64,000 nt of DNA from Eledone cirrhosa (Eukaryota): NCBI GenBank assembly GCA_964016885.1, contig OZ024744.1, forward strand, positions 122,388,001-122,452,000. Reading direction: 5' to 3'. The notes below the pieces were generated by a model, which saw only the letters and a list, made by a program, of their open reading frames with translations, ran no database searches and was not told the origin of the DNA. Made by a program: the position numbers and the translations under genes. Of the stretch, positions 31,901 through 45,700 are shown in pieces (positions within the stretch are counted from its first letter, which is position 1; each line of letters opens with the position of its first letter).

Positions 31901-34900
31901 GAAACAAGTCTCCTCAATCACATTCCCACAACCAACCCACATGAAACAAGTCTTCACAATCAATCCACTTGAGACAAGTCTTCACAATCACATTCCCACA
32001 ACCCATCTATTTGAAACAAGTCTTCACAATCACACTCCCACAACCAATCTACTTGAGGCAAGTCTTCACAATCACATTCCCACAATCAATCCATTTGAAA
32101 CAAGTCTTCATAATCACATTCCCACAACTAATCTACTTGAGACATGTCTTCACAATCACATTCCCACAACCAATCTACTTGAGACAAGTCTTCACAATCA
32201 CATTCAAACAACCAATCCATTTGAAACAAGTCTTCATAATCACATTCCCACAACCAATCTACTTGAGGCAAGTCTTCACAATTAGATTCCCACAACCAAT
32301 CTACTTGAGACAAGTCTTCACAATCACATTCTCACAACCAATCCACTTGAAACAAGTCTTCACAATCACATTCCCACAACCAATCTACTTGAGACAAGTC
32401 TTCACAATTAGATTCTCACAACCAATCTACTCGAAACAAGTCTTCACAATCACATTCCCACAATCAATCCTCTTGTAACAAGTCGCACAATCACATTCCC
32501 ACAATCAATCCACTTGAAACAAGTCTTCACAATCACATTCCCACAACCAATCTACTTGAGACAAGTCTTCACAGTCACATTCCCACAACCAATCAACCCA
32601 CTTGAAACCAGTCTTCACAATCACATTCCCACAACCAATCCACTTGAAACAAGTCTTCACAATCACATTCCCACAACCAATCCACCTGAAACAAGTCTTC
32701 ACAACCACATTCCCACAACCAATCCACTTGAAACAAGTCTTCACAATCACATTCCCACAACCAATCTACTTGAGACAAGTCTTCACAATCACATTCCCAC
32801 AACCAATCTACTTGAGACAAGTCTTCACAATCACATTACCACAACCAATCTACTTGAAACAAGTCTTAACAATCACATTCCCACAACCAATCCACTTGAA
32901 ACAAGTCTTCACAATCACATTCCCACAACCAACCAATCCACTTGAAACACGTCTTCACAATCACATTCCCACAACTAATCCACTTGAACCAAGTCTTCAC
33001 AATCACATTCCAACAACCAATCCACTTGAAACAAGTCTTCACAATCACATTCCCACAACCAATCAATCCACTTGAACCAAGTCATCACAATCACATCCCA
33101 CATCCAACCCACTTGAGACAAGTCTTCACAATCACATTTCCACAACCAATCCACTTGAAACAAGTCTTCACAATCGCATTCCCAAACCAATCAATCCACT
33201 TGAACCAAGTCTTCACAATCACATTCCCACAATCAATCCACTTGAAACAACTCTTCACAATCACATTCCCACAACCAACCAATCCACTTGAAACAAGTCT
33301 TCACAATCACATTCCCACAACTAATCCACTTGAGACAAGTCTTCACAATCACATTCAAACAACCAATCCACATGAAACAAGTCTTCACAATCACATTCCC
33401 ACAACCAATCCACTTGAAACAAGTCTTCACAATCTCATTCCCACAACCAACCCACTTGAAACAAGTCTTCACAATCACATTCCCACAACCAATCCACTTG
33501 AAACAAGTCTTCACAATCACATTCCCACAACCAATCTACTTGAGACAAGTCTTCACAATCACATTCCCACAACCAATCCACTTGAGACAAGCCTTCACAA
33601 TCACATTCCCACAACCAATCTACTTGAGACAAGTCTTCACAATCACATTCCCACAACCAATCTATTTGAAGCAAGACTTCACAATCACATCCCACAACCA
33701 ACCCACTTGAGACAAGTCTTCACAATCACATTCCCACAACCAACCCACATGAAACAAGTCTTCACAATTAACCCACTTGAAACAAGTCTTCACAATCACA
33801 TTACCATAATCAATCCACTTGAAACAAGTCTTCACAATCTCATTCCCACAACCAACCCACTTGAAACAAGTCTTCACAATCACATTACCACAAACAATCC
33901 ACTTGAAACAAGTCTTCACAATCACATTCCCACAACCAATCTACTTGAAACAAGTCGTCACAATCACATTCCAACAACCAATCCACTTGAAACAAGTCTT
34001 CACAATCACATTCCCACAACCAATCCACTTGAAACAAGTCTTCACAATCACATTCCCACAACCAACCAATCCACTTGAAACAAGTCTTCACAATCACATT
34101 CCCACAACCAATCCACTTGAGACAAGTCTTCACAATCACATTCCCACAACCAATCTACTTGAGACAAGTCTTCACAATCACATTCCCACAACCAATCCGC
34201 TTGAAACAAGTCTTCACAATCACATTCCCACAAGCAATCCGCTTGAAACAAGTCTTCACAATCACATTCCCACAACCACTCTACTTGAGACAAGTCTTCA
34301 CAATCACATTCCCACAAACAACTCTCCACAATCACATTCCCACAATCAATCCACTTGAAACAAGTCGTCACAATCATTTTCCCCACAACCAATCCACTTG
34401 AAACAAGTCTTCACAATCACATTCCCACAACCAATCTATTTGAGACAAGTCTTCACAATCACATTCCCACAACCAATCCACTTGAGACAAGTCTTCACAA
34501 TCACATTCCCACAACCAATCTACTTGAAACAAGTCTTCACAATCACATTCCCACAACCAATCAACCCACTTGAAACAAGTCTTCACAATCACATTCCCAC
34601 AACCAATCTATTTGAAACAAGTCTCCTCAATCACATTCCCACAACCAACCCACATGAAACAAGTCTTCACAATCAATCCACTTGAGACAAGTCTTCACAA
34701 TCACATTCCCACAACCCATCTATTTGAAACAAGTCTTCACAATCACACTCCCACAACCAATCTACTTGAGGCAAGTCTTCACAATCACATTCCCACAATC
34801 AATCCATTTGAAACAAGTCTTCATAATCACATTCCCACAACTAATCTACTTGAGACATGTCTTCACAATCACATTCCCACAACCAATCTACTTGAGACAA

Positions 34901-37900
34901 GTCTTCACAATCACATTCAAACAACCAATCCATTTGAAACAAGTCTTCATAATCACATTCCCACAACCAATCTACTTGAGGCAAGTCTTCACAATTAGAT
35001 TCCCACAACCAATCTACTTGAGACAAGTCTTCACAATCACATTCTCACAAACAATCCACTTGAAACAAGTCTTCACAATCACATTCCCATAACCAATCCA
35101 CTTGAAACAAGTCTTCACAATCACATTCCCACAACCAATCTACTTGAGACAAGTCTTCACAATAACATTCAAACAACCAATCCACTTGAAACAAGTCTTC
35201 ACAATCACATTCCCACAACCAATCCACTTGAGACAAGTCTTCAAATCACATTCCCACAACCAATCTACTTGAAACAAGTCTTCACAATCACATTCCCACA
35301 ACCAATCCACTTGAGACAAGCCTTCACAATCACATTCCCACAACCAATCCACTTGAAACAAGTCTTCACAATCACATTCCCACAACCAATCCACTTGAAC
35401 CAAGTCTTCACAATCACATTCCCACAACCAATCCACTTGAGACAAGTCTTCACAATCACATTCCCACAACCAATCCACTTGAAACGAGTCTTCCCAATCA
35501 CATTCCCACAACCAACGAATCCACTTGAAACAAGTCTTCACAATCACATCCCACTTGAAACAAGTCTTCACAATCACATTACCACAATCAATCCACTTGA
35601 AACAAGTCTTCAGAATCACATTCCGAACAACCAATCCACTTGAACCAAGTCTTCACAATCACATTCCCACAACCAATCCACTTGAGACAAGTCTTCACAA
35701 TCACATTCCCACAACCAATCCACTTGAGACAAGTCTTCACAATCACATTCCCACAACCAATCTACTTGAGACAAGTCTTCACAATCACATTCCCACAACC
35801 AATTCACTTGAAACAAGTCTTCACAATCACATTCCCACAAGCAATCCGCTTGAAACAAGTCTTCACAATCACATTCCCACAACCAACCAAACAACTTGAA
35901 ACAAGTCTTCACAATCACATTCCCACAACCACTCTACTTGAGACAAGTCTTCACAATCACATTCCCACAAACAACTCTCCACAATCACATTCCCACAATC
36001 AATCCACTTGAAACAAGTCGTCACAATCATTTTCCCCACAACCAATCCACTTGAAACAAGTCTTCACAATCACATTCCCACAACCAATCTATTTGAGACA
36101 AGTCTTCACAATCACATTCCCACAACCAATCCACTTGAGACAAGTCTTCACAATCACATTCCCACAACCAATCTACTTGAAACAAGTCTTCACAATCACA
36201 TTCCCACAACCAATCAACCCACTTGAAACAAGTCTTCACAATCACATTCCCACAACCAATCTATTTGAAACAAGTCTCCTCAATCACATTCCCACAACCA
36301 ACCCACATGAAACAAGTCTTCACAATCAATCCACTTGAGACAAGTCTTCACAATCACATTCCCACAACCCATCTATTTGAAACAAGTCTTCACAATCACA
36401 CTCCCACAACCAATCTACTTGAGACAAGTCTTCACAATCACATTCCCACAATCAATCCATTTGAAACAAGTCTTCATAATCACATTCCCACAACTAATCT
36501 ACTTGAGACAAGTCTTCACAATCACATTCAAACAACCAATCCATTTGAAACAAGTCTTCATAATCACATTCCCACAACCAATCTACTTGAGGCAAGTCTT
36601 CACAATTAGATTCCCACAACCAATCTACTTGAGACAAGTCTTCACAATCACATTCTCACAACCAATCCACTTGAAACAAGTCTTCACAATCACATTCCCA
36701 CAACCAATCTACTTGAGACAAGTCTTCACAATCTCATTCCCACAACCAACCAATCCACTTGAAACAAGTCTTCACAATCACATTCCCATAACCAATCCAC
36801 TTGAAACAAGTCTTCACAATCACATTCCCACAACCAATCTACTTGAGACAAGTCTTCACAATAACATTCAAACAACCAATCCACTTGAAACAAGTCTTCA
36901 CAATCACATTCCCACAACCAATCCACTTGAGACAAGTCTTCAAATCACATTCCCACAACCAATCTACTTGAAACAAGTCTTCACAATCACATTCCCACAA
37001 CCAATCCACTTGAGACAAGCCTTCACAATCACATTCCCACAACCAATCTACTTGAGACAAGTCTTCACAATCACATTCCCACAACCAATCTATTTGAAAC
37101 AAGTCTTCACAATCACATCCCACAACCAACCCACTTGAGACAAGTCTTCACAATCACATTCCCACAACCAACCCACATGAAACAAGCCTTCACAATTAAC
37201 CCACTTGAAACAAGTCTTCACAATCACATTACCACAATCAATCCACTTGAAACAAGTCTTCAGAATCACATTCCGAACAACCAATCCACTTGAACCAAGT
37301 CTTCACAATCACATTCCCACAACCAATCCACTTGAAACAAGTCTTCACAATCACATTCCCATAACCAATCCACTTGAAACAAGTCTTCGCAATCACATTC
37401 CCACAACTAATCTACTTGAACCAAGTCTTCACAATCACATTCCAACAACCAATCCACTTGAAACAAGTCTTCACAATCACATTCCCACAACCAACCAATC
37501 CACTTGAAACAAGTCTTCACAATCACATTCCCACAACCAATCCACTTGAACCAAGTCTTCACAATCACATTCCAACAACCAATCCACTTGAAACAAGTCT
37601 TCACAATCACATTCCCACAACCAACCAATCCACTTGAAACAAGTCTTCACAATCACATTCCCACAACCAATCCACTTGAAACAAGCCTTCACAATCACAT
37701 TCCCACAACCAATCCACTTGAACCAGGTCTTCACAATCACATTCCCACAACCAATCCACTTGAGACAAGTCTTCACAATCACATTCCCACAACCAATCCA
37801 CTTGAAACAAGTCTTCACAATCACATTCCCACAACCAACGAATCCACTTGAAACAAGTCTTCACAATCACATTCCCACAACCAATCAACCCACTTGAAAC

Positions 37901-40900
37901 AAGTCTTCACAATCACATTCCCACAACCAATCAATCCACTTGAACCAAGTCATCACAATCACGTCCCACATCCAACCCACTTGAGACAAGTCTTCACAAT
38001 CACATTCCCACAACCAATCCACTTGAAACAAGTCTTCACAATGGCATTCCCAAACCAATCAATCCACTTGAACCAAGTCTTCACGATCACATTCCCACAA
38101 TCAATCCACTTGAAACATGTCTTCACAATCACATTCCCACAACCAACCAATCCACTTGAAACAAGTCTTCACAATCACATTCCCACAACTAATCCACTTG
38201 AGACAAGTCTTCACAATCACATTCAAACAACCAATCCACATGAAACAAGTCTTCACAATCACATTCCCAGAACCAATCCACTTGAAACAAGTCTTCACAA
38301 TCTCATTCCCACAACCAACCAATCCACTTGAAACAAGTCTTCACAATCACATTCCCACAACCAATCTACTTGAGACAAGTCTTCACAATCACATTCAAAC
38401 AACCAATCCACTTGAAACAAGTCTTCACAATCACATTCCCACAACCAATCCACTTGAGACAAGTCTTCAAATCACATTCCCACAACCAATCTACTTGAAA
38501 CAAGTCTTCACAATCACATTCCCACAACCAATCCACTTGAGACAAGCCTTCACAATCACATTCCCACAACCAATCTACTTGAGACAAGTCTTCACAATCA
38601 CATTCCCACAACCAATCTATTTGAAACAAGTCTTCACAATCACATCCCACAACCAACCCACTTGAGACAAGTCTTCACAATCACATTCCCACAACCAACC
38701 CACATGAAACAAGTCTTCACAATTAACCCACTTGAAACAAGTCTTCACAATCACATTACCATAATCAATCCACTTGAAACAAGTCTTCAGAATCACATTC
38801 CGACAACCAATCCACTTGAACCAAGTCTTCACAATCACATTCCCACAACCAATCCACTTGAAACAAGTCTTCACAATCACATTCCCACAACCAATCCACT
38901 TGAACCAAGTCTTCACAATCACATTCCCACAACCAATCCACTTGAGACAAGTCTTCACAATCACATTCCCACAACCAATCCACTTGAAACAAGTCTTCAC
39001 AATCACATTCCCACAACCCATCTATTTGAAACAAGTCTTCACAATCACATTCCCACAACCAATCAACCCACTTGAAACAAGTCTTCACAATCACATTCCC
39101 ACAACCAATCAATCCACTTGAACCAAGTCATCACAATCACATCCCACATCCAACCCACTTGAGACAAGTCTTCACAATCACATTCCCACAACCAATCCAC
39201 TTGAAACAAGTCTTCACAATCGCATTCCCAAACCAATCAATCCACTTGAACCAAGTCTTCACAATCACATTCCCACAATCAATCCACTTGAAACAAGTCT
39301 TCACAATCACATTCCCACAACCAACCAATCCACTTGAAACAAGTCTTCACAATCACATTCCCACAACCAATTTACTTGAGACAAGTCTTCACAATCACAT
39401 TCCCACAACCAATCTACTTGAAACAAGTCGTCACAATCACATTTCCACAACCAATCTACTTGAAACAAGTCTTCACAATCACATTCCCAAAACCAATCCA
39501 CTTGAAACAAGTCTTCACAATCACATTCCCACAACGAATCCACATGAACCAAGTCTTCACAATCACATTCTAACAACCAATCCACTTGAAACAAGTCTTC
39601 ACAATTACATTCCCACAACCAACCAATCCACTTGAAACAAGTCTTCACAATCAAATTCCCACAACCAATCCCCCTGAGACAAGTCTTCACAATCACATTC
39701 CGACAACCAATCTACTTGAAACAAGTCTTCACAATCACATTACCACAACCAATCCACTTGAAACAAGTCTTCACAATCACATTCCCACAACCAATCTACT
39801 TGAAACAAGTCGTCACAATCACATTCCAACAACCAATCCAGTTGAAACAAGTCTTCACAATCACATTCCCACAACCAATCCACTTGAAACAAGTCTTCAC
39901 AATCACATTCCCACAACCAACCAATCCACTTGAAACAAGTCTCCACAATCACATTCCCACAACCAATCCACTTGAGACAAGTCTTCACAATCACATTCCC
40001 ACAACCAATCTACTTGAGACAAGTCTTCACAATCACATTCCCACAACCAATCCACTTGAAACAAGTCTTCATAATCACATTTCCACAAGGAATCCGCTTG
40101 AAACAAGTCTTCACAATCACATTCCCACAACCAACCAAACAACTTGAAACAAGTCTTCACAATCACATTCCCACAACCACTCTACTTGAGACAAGTCTTC
40201 ACAATCACATTCCCACTTGAAACAAGTCTTCACAATCACATTCCCACAATCAATCCATTTGAAACAAGTCTTCATAATCACATTCCCACAACCAATCTAC
40301 TTGAGACATGTCTTCACAATCACATTCCCACAACCAATCTACTTGAGACAAGTCTTCACAATCACATTCAAACAACCAATCCATTTGAAACAAGTCTTCA
40401 TAATCACATTCCCACAACCAATCTACTTGAGGCAAGTCTTCACAATTAGATTCCCACAACCAATCTACTTGAGACAAGTCTTCACAATCACATTCTCACA
40501 ACCAATCCACTTGAAACAAGTCTTCACAATCACATTCCCACAACCAATCTACTTGAGACAAGTCTTCACAATTAGATTCTCACAACCAATCTACTCGAAA
40601 CAAGTCTTCACAATCACATTCCCACAATCAATCCTCTTGTAACAAGTCGTCACAATCACATTCCCACAATCAATCCACTTGAAACAAGTCTTCACAATCA
40701 CATTCCCACAACCAATCTACTTGAGACAAGTCTTCACAATCACATTCCCACAACCAATCAACCCACTTGAAACCAGTCTTCACAATCACATTCCCACAAC
40801 CAATCCACTTGAAACAAGTCTTCACAATCACATTCCCACAACCAATCCACCTGAAACAAGTCTTCACAACCACATTCCCACAACCAATCCACTTGAAACA

Positions 40901-43900
40901 AGTCTTCACAATCACATTCCCACAACCAATCTACTTGAGACAAGTCTTCACAATCACATTCCCACAACCAATCTACTTGAGACAAGTCTTCACAATCACA
41001 TTACCACAACCAATCTACTTGAAACAAGTCTTAACAATCACATTCCCACAACCAATCCACTTGAAACAAGTCTTCACAATCACATTCCCACAACCAACCA
41101 ATCCACTTGAAACACGTCTTCACAATCACATTCCCACAACTAATCCACTTGAACCAAGTCTTCACAATCACATTCCAACAACCAATCCACTTGAAACAAG
41201 TCTTCACAATCACATTCCCACAACCAATCAATCCACTTGAACCAAGTCATCACAATCACATTCCACATCCAACCCACTTGAGACAAGTCTTCACAATCAC
41301 ATTTCCACAACCAATCCACTTGAAACAAGTCTTCACAATCGCATTCCCAAACCAATCAATCCACTTGAACCAAGTCTTCACAATCACATTCCCACAATCA
41401 ATCCACTTGAAACAACTCTTCACAATCACATTCCCACAACCAACCAATCCACTTGAAACAAGTCTTCACAATCACATTCCCACAACTAATCCACTTGAGA
41501 CAAGTCTTCACAATCACATTCAAACAACCAATCCACATGAAACAAGTCTTCACAATCACATTCCCACAACCAATCCACTTGAAACAAGTCTTCACAATCT
41601 CATTCCCACAACCAACCCACTTGAAACAAGTCTTCACAATCACATTCCCACAACCAATCCACTTGAAACAAGTCTTCACAATCACATTCCCACAACCAAT
41701 CTACTTGAGACAAGTCTTCACAATCACATTCAAAGAACCAATCCACTTGAAACAAGTCTTCACAATCACATTCCCACAACCAATCCACTTGAGACAAGTC
41801 TTCAAATCACATTCCCACAACCAATCTACTTGAAACAAGTCTTCACAATCACATTCCCACAACCAATCCACTTGAGACAAGCCTTCACAATCACATTCCC
41901 ACAACCAATCTACTTGAGACAAGTCTTCACAATCACATTCCCACAACCAATCTATTTGAAGCAAGACTTCACAATCACATCCCACAACCAACCCACTTGA
42001 GACAAGTCTTCACAATCACATTCCCACAACCAACCCACATGAAACAAGTCTTCACAATTAACCCACTTGAAACAAGTCTTCACAATCACATTACCATAAT
42101 CAATCCACTTGAAACAAGTCTTCACAATCTCATTCCCACAACCAACCCACTTGAAACAAGTCTTCACAATCACATTACCACAAACAATCCACTTGAAACA
42201 AGTCTTCACAATCACATTCCCACAACCAATCTACTTGAAACAAGTCGTCACAATCACATTCCAACAACCAATCCACTTGAAACAAGTCTTCACAATCACA
42301 TTCCCACAACCAATCCACTTGAAACAAGTCTTCACAATCACATTCCCACAACCAACCCACTTGAAACAAGTCTTCACAATCACATTCCCACAACCAATCC
42401 ACTTGAGACAAGTCTTCACAATCACATTCCCACAACCAATCTACTTGAGACAAGTCTTCACAATCACATTCCCACAACCAATCCACTTGAAACAAGTCTT
42501 CACAATCACATTCCCACAAGCAATCCGCTTGAAACAAGTCTTCACAATCACATTCCCACAAGCAATCCGCTTGAAACAAGTCTTCACAATCACATTCCCA
42601 CAACCACTCTACTTGAGACAAGTCTTGACAATCACATTCCCACAAACAACTCTCCACAATCACATTCCCACAATCAATCCACTTGAAACAAGTCGTCACA
42701 ATCATTTTCCCCACAACCAATCCACTTGAAACAAGTCTTCACAATCACATTCCCACAACCAATCTATTTGAGACAAGTCTTCACAATCACATTCCCACAA
42801 CCAATCCACTTGAGACAAGTCTTCACAATCACATTCCCACAACCAATCTACTTGAAACAAGTCTTCACAATCACATTCCCACAACCAATCAACCCACTTG
42901 AAACAAGTCTTCACAATCACATTCCCACAACCAATCTATTTGAAACAAGTCTCCTCAATCACATTCCCACAACCAACCCACATGAAACAAGTCTTCACAA
43001 TCAATCCACTTGAGACAAGTCTTCACAATCACATTCCCACAACCCATCTATTTGAAACAAGTCTTCACAATCACACTCCCACAACCAATCTACTTGAGGC
43101 AAGTCTTCACAATCACATTCCCACAATCAATCCATTTGAAACAAGTCTTCATAATCACATTCCCACAACTAATCTACTTGAGACATGTCTTCACAATCAC
43201 ATTCCCACAACCAATCTACTTGAGACAAGTCTTCACAATCACATTCAAACAACCAATCCATTTGAAACAAGTCTTCATAATCACATTCCCACAACCAATC
43301 TACTTGAGGCAAGTCTTCACAATTAGATTCCCACAACCAATCTACTTGAGACAAGTCTTCACAATCACATTCTCACAAACAATCCACTTGAAACAAGTCT
43401 TCACAATCACATTCCCATAACCAATCCACTTGAAACAAGTCTTCACAATCACATTCCCACAACCAATCTACTTGAGACAAGTCTTCACAATAACATTCAA
43501 ACAACCAATCCACTTGAAACAAGTCTTCACAATCACATTCCCACAACCAATCCACTTGAGACAAGTCTTCAAATCACATTCCCACAACCAATCTACTTGA
43601 AACAAGTCTTCACAATCACATTCCCACAACCAATCCACTTGAGACAAGCCTTCACAATCACATTCCCACAACCAATCCACTTGAAACAAGTCTTCACAAT
43701 CACATTCCCACAACCAATCCACTTGAACCAAGTCTTCACAATCACATTCCCACAACCAATCCACTTGAGACAAGTCTTCACAATCACATTCCCACAACCA
43801 ATCCACTTGAAACGAGTCTTCCCAATCACATTCCCACAACCAACGAATCCACTTGAAACAAGTCTTCACAATCACATCCCACTTGAAACAAGTCTTCACA

Positions 43901-45700
43901 ATCACATTACCACAATCAATCCACTTGAAACAAGTCTTCAGAATCACATTCCGAACAACCAATCCACTTGAATCAAGTCTTCACAATCACATTCCCACAA
44001 CCAATCCACTTGAGACAAGTCTTCACAATCACATTCCCACAACCAATCCACTTGAGACAAGTCTTCACAATCACATTCCCACAACCAATCTACTTGAGAC
44101 AAGTCTTCACAATCACATTCCCACAACCAATTCACTTGAAACAAGTCTTCACAATCACATTCCCACAAGCAATCCGCTTGAAACAAGTCTTCACAATCAC
44201 ATTCCCACAACCAACCAAACAACTTGAAACAAGTCTTCACAATCACATTCCCACAACCACTCTACTTGAGACAAGTCTTCACAATCACATTCCCACAAAC
44301 AACTCTCCACAATCACATTCCCACAATCAATCCACTTGAAACAAGTCGTCACAATCATTTTCCCCACAACCAATCCACTTGAAACAAGTCTTCACAATCA
44401 CATTCCCACAACCAATCTATTTGAGACAAGTCTTCACAATCACATTCCCACAACCAATCCACTTGAGACAAGTCTTCACAATCACATTCCCACAACCAAT
44501 CTACTTGAAACAAGTCTTCACAATCACATTCCCACAACCAATCAACCCACTTGAAACAAGTCTTCACAATCACATTCCCACAACCAATCTATTTGAAACA
44601 AGTCTCCTCAATCACATTCCCACAACCAACCCACATGAAACAAGTCTTCACAATCAATCCACTTGAGACAAGTCTTCACAATCACATTCCCACAACCCAT
44701 CTATTTGAAACAAGTCTTCACAATCCCACTCCCACAACCAATCTACTTGAGACAAGTCTTCACAATCACATTCCCACAATCAATCCATTTGAAACAAGTC
44801 TTCATAATCACATTCCCACAACTAATCTACTTGAGACAAGTCTTCACAATCACATTCAAACAACCAATCCATTTGAAACAAGTCTTCATAATCACATTCC
44901 CACAACCAATCTACTTGAGGCAAGTCTTCACAATTAGATTCCCACAACCAATCTACTTGAGACAAGTCTTCACAATCACATTCTCACAACCAATCCACTT
45001 GAAACAAGTCTTCACAATCACATTCCCACAACCAATCTACTTGAGACAAGTCTTCACAATCTCATTCCCACAACCAACCAATCCACTTGAAACAAGTCTT
45101 CACAATCACATTCCCATAACCAATCCACTTGAAACAAGTCTTCACAATCACATTCCCACAACCAATCTACTTGAGACAAGTCTTCACAATAACATTCAAA
45201 CAACCAATCCACTTGAAACAAGTCTTCACAATCACATTCCCACAACCAATCCACTTGAGACAAGTCTTCAAATCACATTCCCACAACCAATCTACTTGAA
45301 ACAAGTCTTCACAATCACATTCCCACAACCAATCCACTTGAGACAAGCCTTCACAATCACATTCCCACAACCAATCTACTTGAGACAAGTCTTCACAATC
45401 ACATTCCCACAACCAATCTATTTGAAACAAGTCTTCACAATCACATCCCACAACCAACCCACTTGAGACAAGTCTTCACAATCACATTCCCACAACCAAC
45501 CCACATGAAACAAGCCTTCACAATTAACCCACTTGAAACAAGTCTTCACAATCACATTACCACAATCAATCCACTTGAAACAAGTCTTCAGAATCACATT
45601 CCGAACAACCAATCCACTTGAACCAAGTCTTCACAATCACATTCCCACAACCAATCCACTTGAAACAAGTCTTCACAATCACATTCCCATAACCAATCCA
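26000..45700. repeat. Large tandem super-unit duplication (offsets 11,400 then 8,328 bp) with a nested 2,755-bp duplication
   Basis: TTCCACAAGGAATCCGC is at 28681 and 40081 (+11400). GAAACGAGTCTTCCCAATC is at 35481 and 43809 (+8328). TAACAAGTCGCACAATC is at 29721 and 32476 (+2755). Boundaries are approximate. Confidence 0.85.
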